Under the pieces are notes generated by a model. The model was given only the letters and a program-made list of their open reading frames with translations, did no database searches and had not been told where the DNA came from. A DNA stretch of 11,025 nucleotides from Planctomycetota bacterium (GTDB taxonomy: Bacteria > Planctomycetota > SZUA-567 > H5-PLA8): NCBI GenBank assembly GCA_038227875.1, contig JBBRPR010000117.1:1-11025 (forward strand), written 5' to 3'. Numbering within the stretch: position 1 is the stretch's first letter; each line of letters begins with the position of its first letter. Shown here in pieces: positions 1-5,824 of this stretch. A program made the translations under genes and the position numbers.

Positions 1-1
1 G

Positions 2-160
2 AGCGTCAAAGAGGCGATGTCGCTGGCGCGCCACAAGAACCCGACGCTGACGCTGGTGACGTATGGCAGGGCGCGGAACGAGCGGCTGAAGACGGTGGCG
101 AACGCGCTTGGGGAGATCGTGCTGGGGGAGGAGCCGGGGCGGGCGGAAAAGCGGGCGTAG
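2..160 (+). CDS. Tyrosine recombinase/integrase, C-terminal end (5'-partial)
   Basis: Frame 2 reads SVKEAMSLARHKNPTLTLVTYGRARNERLKTVANALGEIVLGEEPGRAEKRA* (TAG 158-160). LARH-x5-T-x3-Y fits the box II His and catalytic Tyr region of tyrosine recombinases. Third codon positions are strongly G/C. Not in the ORF track. Confidence 0.8.
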   Translation, partial: SVKEAMSLARHKNPTLTLVTYGRARNERLKTVANALGEIVLGEEPGRAEKRA

Positions 161-195
161 TCTGCTTCGTAGAAGTCTTTCGCACATCGTTCCTG

Positions 196-498
196 TCATT
201 TGCCGAGTGCGCGCAAAATCGGATTGGCTGCCGGTCCGAATTCCGTCAGTTCCTTTAATGCAAATTCCACGCCCTCTTCTTCGGTATTCGTATTAAAGCG
301 GAATTCACGTACCGGCCACTTTGCCATATCCGATAGCAACGGTAATACGCGCTCATCTTTAACATGGCAGAGTGACAACAACGCGGGAAAATCGGGTGTT
401 CTGGCATTCACGGAGACCTTCGCCTCCTCAAGCCAATCCTGAAGAATTTTCTCCCCTGGGGTTCCCGGCTTCTCAAAAAAAGTACGCGATTTCGCCAT
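196..498 (-). CDS. Hypothetical protein with HEAT/PBS-lyase-repeat-like helices, possibly a remnant
   Basis: 100-aa ATG ORF. LLSLCHVKDERVLPLL and ALKELTEFGPAANPILRAL resemble HEAT/PBS-type repeats. No clear RBS; it starts immediately after an in-frame TGA (501-499). Confidence 0.4.
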   Translation of the reverse strand: MAKSRTFFEKPGTPGEKILQDWLEEAKVSVNARTPDFPALLSLCHVKDERVLPLLSDMAKWPVREFRFNTNTEEEGVEFALKELTEFGPAANPILRALGK

Positions 499-666
499 TC
501 AGTCCCACGGCATTTTCCGGCGTATTTCGGGAAAGCGCGTCTCAAGGGCTGCGATGGCTGAGCGCAGTTCAGGTAAAACTCGTCGACGCGAGTAGACGGG
601 CATGTTGTATAGGAATTGAAGCGTGCGCGCATCACCCAGCATTTGGCACGCCTTTAGAGCCGAGCG
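499..666 (-). pseudogene. Short HEAT-repeat-like fragment in the same frame as the 196..498 ORF
   Basis: Reads RSALKACQMLGDARTLQFLYNMPVYSRRRVLPELRSAIAALETRFPEIRRKMPWD*. ALxxxxxLGDARTLxxL resembles the HEAT/PBS LGDxRA motif. Its 5' end abuts the hsdR fragment. Confidence 0.3.
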
Positions 667-870
667 TTATTCTTCACCAGCACGGCCATCTTGGCGGGCA
701 CGCTTCGCCAGGTCGTCGCGGTCCTGCTCGCTCAGGTCGCCGGTGATGTTCTTGTATGCCTCGTCAATGGCCGACGTATTGATCTTCAGGTTTACTTCAG
801 GTGCCTCGAAGTGCAGCGGCAGTGTCGCCTTGTCACGGATCGAATCCTGGAACGAGTAGTGGTACAGGAA
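654..870 (-). pseudogene. hsdR: Internal fragment of a type I restriction-modification R subunit, frameshifted
   Basis: Minus strand reads FLYHYSFQDSIRDKATLPLHFEAPEVNLKINTSAIDEAYKNITGDLSEQDRDDLAKRA. Removing one base of the G run at 696-698 (+ strand) continues it as AKMAVLVKNNARL*. YSFxDSIRDxATLPLHFE matches the HsdR Y-x4-AIxDGxxxPxxY segment after helicase motif III. An in-frame TGA (873-871) lies upstream and there is no start codon. Confidence 0.8.
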
Positions 871-953
871 TCAATCAGCTGGACCGCGTCTTTCTGCCAA
901 AGGATTCGACGGTCCTGCTCTCATGTTTTCGGGAATGACTTCTCCACCTCCTC

Positions 954-2072
954 CTATGACGCCGCTTGCAACGGAGCGGCCGAACATACTTTAGGTAATT
1001 CGACGATAAAGTCCGTACCCCTGTCCAACGAACTTTCGACCCGTACCGTTCCCCTGTGTGCCTCAGCCATACCCTTCACAAGCGCCAGCCCCAATCCCCA
1101 TCCGGTGGCACTCTTAGTATTGGCACCCCCGTTAAAATTTTCGAATAGTTTTGCTTGGGCGTCAGGGGGGATGGGGTTGCCGTCGTTATGGACTTTGAGC
1201 GTTACGTGCTCGTCGCCTTGCTCCGCATAAATCACGACCGGCGATGTTCCATTGCCATACTTCAATGCGTTGATAGCTAAATTTTCAATTATTCTACGCA
1301 ACCCTTCATTATCCCAACAGCCAGTAATTGGTTCATTTGCGCGTGCTTCAAATCTAAAGCCATAAGATTCTGTCAAATATTTAACCATCTCGTTGACAAG
1401 CTCGTCTAGACGCATTTCCTTGGCGTGTACGACAAATCCTTTGCCAGCCCTAATAAGGCTGACATCTAGCATTTCTCCAATCATTGAAGACATTCGAGTA
1501 GCGTTTTTGGCAATCTTGTCCAATGCGAAATGGATTGTTGGAACATTAGCTGCTTGCACTCGCGCTACTTGAGCGGCCATTTTTATGGCAGAAAGTGGAC
1601 TTCGTAAATCATGAACAAGCGTAATAGTAAATCGCTCGTGGGTCTTTATCTGTAATTCTGCAAACATACAAGCGGAGTCGTTCACTGTCTGCTCGAACGA
1701 GTTGACAATGATGTCGCGGTCGAGCTTTGATAGTGGCGCAGTCTCTTCGAGCACTTCGAATATAACCTGTCTAAGAATATGGAATTCCTTGATGACTTCC
1801 GGGAGCCGGTAAACTTCGGTCCGTGCGCGTTGCTTACCGTGCTCTTCAGCAGTCTCGCGTCTGGTCAATTCTTGCGCAATGGTGAATGGAGTACCATTTT
1901 TTTGTTTGTCGACAGTTCCGGCCAGCTCCGCAATGACTTCGGGTAGCTGGTTGCGAAGAACTAAGGATGATACGCTGTAGGCATGGTGAATCTCGCTGTT
2001 CGCTCGCGCCTCCCAAAGTGACATGATTCTACTTGATTGTGTTCGTAGTTCATCCGAAACACGATTTGTCAT
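954..2072 (-). CDS. Cytoplasmic sensor histidine kinase (RsbRD_N-like helical N-terminus, HisKA, HATPase_c)
   Basis: H-box LVHDLRSPL, N-box ENLAINALKY, G1 variant VHNDGNPIP, F-box LFENF, G2 GWGLGLALV. The N-terminus has EEHGKQRAxxxxYxLxEVIKEFHILRQVIF. No transmembrane segment. ATG 2072 is preceded by GGGGA; GTG 2084 is the alternative start. Confidence 0.93.
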   Translation of the reverse strand: MTNRVSDELRTQSSRIMSLWEARANSEIHHAYSVSSLVLRNQLPEVIAELAGTVDKQKNGTPFTIAQELTRRETAEEHGKQRARTEVYRLPEVIKEFHILRQVIFEVLEETAPLSKLDRDIIVNSFEQTVNDSACMFAELQIKTHERFTITLVHDLRSPLSAIKMAAQVARVQAANVPTIHFALDKIAKNATRMSSMIGEMLDVSLIRAGKGFVVHAKEMRLDELVNEMVKYLTESYGFRFEARANEPITGCWDNEGLRRIIENLAINALKYGNGTSPVVIYAEQGDEHVTLKVHNDGNPIPPDAQAKLFENFNGGANTKSATGWGLGLALVKGMAEAHRGTVRVESSLDRGTDFIVELPKVCSAAPLQAAS

Positions 2073-2140
2073 GCAAGTCCCCACGAATTAAACACTGCAA
2101 AATGCGAAGCCCATGGTCGAAATCGAAAAGCGTTGGGGAT

Positions 2141-2156
2141 TGCAACGTTGTCGCCT
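2141..2156 (-). promoter_or_regulatory. Weak candidate sigma-54 (-24/-12) promoter for the minus-strand kinase
   Basis: Minus strand AGGCGACAACGTTGCA has exact GG-N10-GC spacing and TTGCA at -12, about 70 nt upstream of ATG 2072. The -24 flank matches TGGCACG poorly. Confidence 0.25.
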
Positions 2157-2206
2157 TCCACGCAACGTCGACCCGGTTGCTCGATAATCAGTCACTTGAA
2201 TCAGGT

Positions 2207-2228
2207 TCAAGACAGGATCAAGACAGGA
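2207..2228. repeat. Perfect 11-bp tandem direct repeat (TCAAGACAGGA x2)
   Basis: Read directly at 2207-2217 and 2218-2228, followed by a partial GACA. Confidence 0.85.
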
Positions 2229-2486
2229 GACATATCTGATGCTACCTATGTCGCCGTAAGTTAAAGGTACTATCGGACAAAATGGCTGCAATGTTCGGGC
2301 CAAGAAGATTGATGGGAAGCGAAGTGAGCATTAATCTGTCGTAATTTGGGGCTGAAGTGGATGTCGTTAATAAAGTAGATTGAACAGAGTGTCGATAAAC
2401 GACGGGAATGACACGATCATGGTCGACCGTCGACGTTATCCGTGGGGGCATTTAAGTGCTGATATAGTTTGAAGATTTTTCTTTAT

Positions 2487-2501
2487 TGGTCTGCGTTTTG
2501 C
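2487..2501 (+). promoter_or_regulatory. Candidate sigma-54 (-24/-12) promoter for the + strand cluster
   Basis: TGGTCTGCGTTTTGC: GG at 2488-2489 and GC at 2500-2501 give exact N10 spacing, with TTGC at -12. An AT-rich tract (about 2451-2487) lies just upstream, and a sigma-54 activator is encoded downstream. Confidence 0.5.
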
Positions 2502-2675
2502 GCGTAAACTCGGTGGTGCCGGATCTTTCTGTAGGTTTAACTTCCTCTCTCCCGTGGATGTCGGATAGTTCTAATGGACCGACTGCGGGAGGAACGAGGA
2601 TGTTGGAGAACGATTACAATGAATTTAATCCCTGGCGTCAACCTCAAGAGCAATGTCAATCCGCATAAAGCAGGA

Positions 2676-3626
2676 ATGCCCATCAATGCGTTTGAGGGCG
2701 CTGCTTGCCTTCGCGTCTTGATCGGCTTCGCCAAGAGCAACGGGCCGCTGATGCCTGCTGAATTGGCCGTGTTGGGAGAGGCGTGGGACAAACTAGCGCT
2801 GCCCGCGACTATGACATTGCAAAAACTATTGGGCGAGTCCATCGACCTGCCGAGCCAACTGTCCCGGATTGAATCTGAAGAAGGCCGCGAACGCACCTAT
2901 ACCGCCACGTATCTGCTGGCTCATTCCGGCGGACCGTGTTCCACGTCCCAGCAGGAACTCCTGGCCAGCATCCGCACCTCGTTGCATCTGTCCGATGACA
3001 TGGCGACACCGCTAAGCCGAATCTACGAGGAAGTCCGCGGCATCGTCTCGCCGGGGTTGACAGGATTTGTCGCCGATCCGGCCACGCGCTCCACCAAAGT
3101 CTACGATGAGATCCTGAAATGCGCGCTCGGCAACGCCGTCAACGGCGCGTGTCCCATCCAGGATCGCGCTGTTGCAACAGGGGTCATCATCTTTTCCGCA
3201 CAGACGCTCATGGTCCGAACAATCGGTCATTACTGGGGCTTCGCCATGGATGCGCCGTCCGCGCGTCTGTTGATGGAACGCATTCAGGGCAAGACTGGGA
3301 TGCGGATCGCGATTCAAAGTCTCCTTGGAGAAACCTGCATCCTCAACGATTCGCTCGACTCCACCACGTCTTATGTCACCACCTGGGCGCTTGGCATTGT
3401 CGCCAACAAGCATTTCGAAGGCGGCCGGAAATTGGAGTCCGAAACACTTCGCAAGCACTTTGCGGTCGCCTTGGAAGAGGGAAAAGTTGAGTGCGAGAGG
3501 TGCCGCGCGGAGATAGCGGCAGCCGTACATTCGCGTTCGATCACGCTTGATTTATTGAACGAGGAACTGATGACTGGCGAAATAGATTCCGAGGAATACG
3601 ACCGGAAAATAATGGCGTTGCAATAG
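2676..3626 (+). CDS. TerB-like domain plus DUF697-like domain protein (degenerate motifs)
   Basis: The N-terminal half has TerB-like helices (LRVLIGFAKSNGPLMPAE; YLLAHSGGPCSTSQQELLASIRTSL). The C-terminal half is DUF697-like (GACPI...QTLMVRTIGHYWG...TWALG) and ends in a short GEIDSEEY tail. Start uncertain among ATG 2574, 2619 and 2676; 2676 chosen because the family-like sequence begins there. Confidence 0.75.
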   Translation: MPINAFEGAACLRVLIGFAKSNGPLMPAELAVLGEAWDKLALPATMTLQKLLGESIDLPSQLSRIESEEGRERTYTATYLLAHSGGPCSTSQQELLASIRTSLHLSDDMATPLSRIYEEVRGIVSPGLTGFVADPATRSTKVYDEILKCALGNAVNGACPIQDRAVATGVIIFSAQTLMVRTIGHYWGFAMDAPSARLLMERIQGKTGMRIAIQSLLGETCILNDSLDSTTSYVTTWALGIVANKHFEGGRKLESETLRKHFAVALEEGKVECERCRAEIAAAVHSRSITLDLLNEELMTGEIDSEEYDRKIMALQ

Positions 3627-3695
3627 TTTCCGAGGTACGTGTTGTTCGCTTTGCAATCTCTGATACCATTGCCTGAATAAACTCCCGGAGTGTTC

Positions 3696-5618
3696 ATGGA
3701 ATCCCGTAAGTCGGATAAAAAAGTCACGACTGTAAACGATCCTTCGAATGTGGATTGGGTGGCCCGTCGTCTGGCCGCTCACGCCAACATCGCGCGAGTC
3801 TTGACAGTGGCGCCCACGCTCAGCGAGGCCGCGCCGGAGATCCTGCGTGAAATTTCAGAAGTGCTGGGCTGGGGCATGGGCATGTTCTGGCGCGTCGATC
3901 CAGAGGCCCAGGTGATGGTCTGCGAGGACGTGTGGAGTGCACCCGCGCTCCGTTCGGAAAAGTTCATCGCCAAAATCAAGGAGACACGCCTGACGCCGGC
4001 CAAAGGACTGCCGGGGCAAGTGTGGAGCACCGGAGAACCGGTCTGGGTCGATAACTATCAGCACGAAGATCTTCCTGACAAACGCAAATCGCCCGGAGGC
4101 ATTGATCGCGGCGCCGCATGCATTCCGATCAAGCTGCACGACAAAGTGCTTGGCGCGATGGAATTCCTGAGCCACGACACGCGGCGGCCGGACGCGTCGA
4201 TTCAGGATATGATGATGGTGATCGGCAATCTTGTGGGCTTGTTCATGGAACGCGTCGCCACTGCCGATGCGTTGCGCGAAAGCGAAGAGCGCTACCAATT
4301 ATTGGCGGATACGTCGGCCGACGTGCTCGTGACCATCGACGACACGCTCAAGATCCTCTTCGTGAATAGAGCGGCCGAAAAGATTTTCGGCTACGTGCCC
4401 CAGGAACTCAAAGGGCAACCGCTGACGGTTATCATTCCCGACTATGCGCGCCGCAAGCGATCGCGAGAGCATAGTGCTCGCCCCGCGCAGGCAAAGTATG
4501 TGGAGATGGCTGGCGCGCATAAAAACGGCGCCGAAGTCAGCATCGAAGCCGCGTTTGCGGAATACCTTGGCAAAGGCAAGCGCTACGCCACGGGAATCAT
4601 TCGCGATCTGCGCGAACGCAAGCACAATGAGGCCGTGCTGCGCGCGACGGAAATGAAATTGCAGAGCGCGTTGTCCTCCAGTCCCGGCGGCCAGTTGATC
4701 GCCGTCGCGCCCGTCATGCTTAAATTGGTGGAACGCGCCAAAAAGGCGGCGGCCAGCGACGCGCCGATTCTGATCCAGGGAGAAACCGGCAGCGGCAAGG
4801 ATTGCATCGCGCAGCTGCTGCATCAATATTCCAACCGTTCCAGCAGGGCGTTTGTCGCGCGAAACTGCGCCGCGATTCCCGTGAATTTGTTCGAGTCTGA
4901 AATGTTCGGCCACAAGAAGGGCGCGTTTTCCGGTGCCGAGCACGAACGCAACGGCGCGTTTGTCGAAGCCGATCGCGGCACGTTGTTTCTCGATGAAATC
5001 GGCGACCTGGAATACAGCCTGCAGACCAAGCTGCTGCGCGCGATCCAGGAAAAGATCATCCACCCCGTCGGCAGCGACCGGGATGTGCAGGTCAATCCGC
5101 GCATTATTTGCGCGTCGAACAAGGATCTCCATGAGTGCATTAAGACCAAGGAATTCCGCGAAGACCTCTTCTACCGCGTCGCCACGGTTGTGCTGAACGT
5201 GCCGCCGTTGCGCGAACGCCGCGAGGACATCGTCCCTCTGGCGCGCCACTTCGTGGGACTGGCGAGCAAATGGTCGCACACGCTTTCCAGCGACGCGGAA
5301 GCGCGCTTGCAGTCCTACGCGTGGCCGGGCAACGTGCGCGAATTGCGCTCCGTGATTGAACAGGCCGTAATCTTCGCCATCGGCAACGAGATCCAGGCGG
5401 GCGAGCTTTCGTTCAGCAGCGCAACCGAAGCCATCAACGAATCGTCACAGAGTATGGCCGACGTGGAAATGCGCCACATTCTGCAAGTGATGCGCAATAA
5501 AAATCAGAACAAGAGCGAGACCGCCAAAGTATTGAAACTGGCCCGAAGCACGCTCCTCCTAAAGCTCAAATCGTTTGAAGCGACCAAAGCTCAGGACAAC
5601 ACCGAATCCGAAGTTTAG
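3696..5618 (+). CDS. Sigma-54-dependent enhancer-binding protein (GAF, PAS, AAA+, Fis-type HTH)
   Basis: GAF ([14 protein letters not shown]...[15 protein letters not shown]), PAS ([14 protein letters not shown]), Walker [24 protein letters not shown], Walker [48 protein letters not shown] (3687-3690) lies 5 nt before ATG 3696. Confidence 0.96.
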   Translation: MESRKSDKKVTTVNDPSNVDWVARRLAAHANIARVLTVAPTLSEAAPEILREISEVLGWGMGMFWRVDPEAQVMVCEDVWSAPALRSEKFIAKIKETRLTPAKGLPGQVWSTGEPVWVDNYQHEDLPDKRKSPGGIDRGAACIPIKLHDKVLGAMEFLSHDTRRPDASIQDMMMVIGNLVGLFMERVATADALRESEERYQLLADTSADVLVTIDDTLKILFVNRAAEKIFGYVPQELKGQPLTVIIPDYARRKRSREHSARPAQAKYVEMAGAHKNGAEVSIEAAFAEYLGKGKRYATGIIRDLRERKHNEAVLRATEMKLQSALSSSPGGQLIAVAPVMLKLVERAKKAAASDAPILIQGETGSGKDCIAQLLHQYSNRSSRAFVARNCAAIPVNLFESEMFGHKKGAFSGAEHERNGAFVEADRGTLFLDEIGDLEYSLQTKLLRAIQEKIIHPVGSDRDVQVNPRIICASNKDLHECIKTKEFREDLFYRVATVVLNVPPLRERREDIVPLARHFVGLASKWSHTLSSDAEARLQSYAWPGNVRELRSVIEQAVIFAIGNEIQAGELSFSSATEAINESSQSMADVEMRHILQVMRNKNQNKSETAKVLKLARSTLLLKLKSFEATKAQDNTESEV

Positions 5619-5824
5619 AAACTATCTGACTGTCACGGCGTTTTGCGGTATAGGTCAGGAGTTTTCAAAGGACTGCCATGTCCCATCCCAATGATTCTGG
5701 TGCCTCACGTAGAATTTCCTGAGCAGCGTCGCTTAAGGTGGACATTTTGGACAAAGGAAGGGCGATCTTGCACTAAGCAGACAAGCGATTAAATGGTCAT
5801 CTACATTTGAAGGATCGTGAGAAA

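Noticed and set aside
643..657. TGGCACGCCTTTAGA, a perfect -24 element
   Set aside because: The -12 element is TAGA rather than TTGC, and no + strand gene follows.
871..955. Strong SD-like AGGAGGAGGT on the minus strand right after the kinase stop, with a 17-codon ORF (ATG 924) in frame with the hsdR fragment
   Set aside because: The ATG is too far from the SD, the peptide is not HsdR-like, and it ends at TGA 873-871.
691..1230. 179-aa + strand ORF and neighbouring short + ORFs (108..296, 200..442, 372..746, 623..859)
   Set aside because: Antisense or off-frame shadows of the kinase, hsdR fragment and integrase, with no recognisable motifs.
2033..2668. Short ORFs in the divergent intergenic region
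   Set aside because: 60-71 aa, mutually overlapping, with no motifs or coding-like bias; the region looks regulatory.
4299..5279. 326-aa minus-strand ORF and other long antisense ORFs (3012..3530, 7127..7624, 7681..8190, 8854..9528, 9038..9724, 9860..10297)
   Set aside because: They lie wholly opposite well-supported genes, as expected from GC-rich codon bias.
5631..5647. TGTCACGGCGTTTTGCG as a sigma-54 promoter for cheBR; it shares GCGTTTTGCG with 2493-2502
   Set aside because: No GG at the -24 position, and a shared 10-mer between two intergenic regions of this size can arise by chance.
5756..5772. GGAAGGGCGATCTTGCA as a sigma-54 promoter
   Set aside because: The required -24 positions (5758-5759) are AA, so the spacing is wrong.
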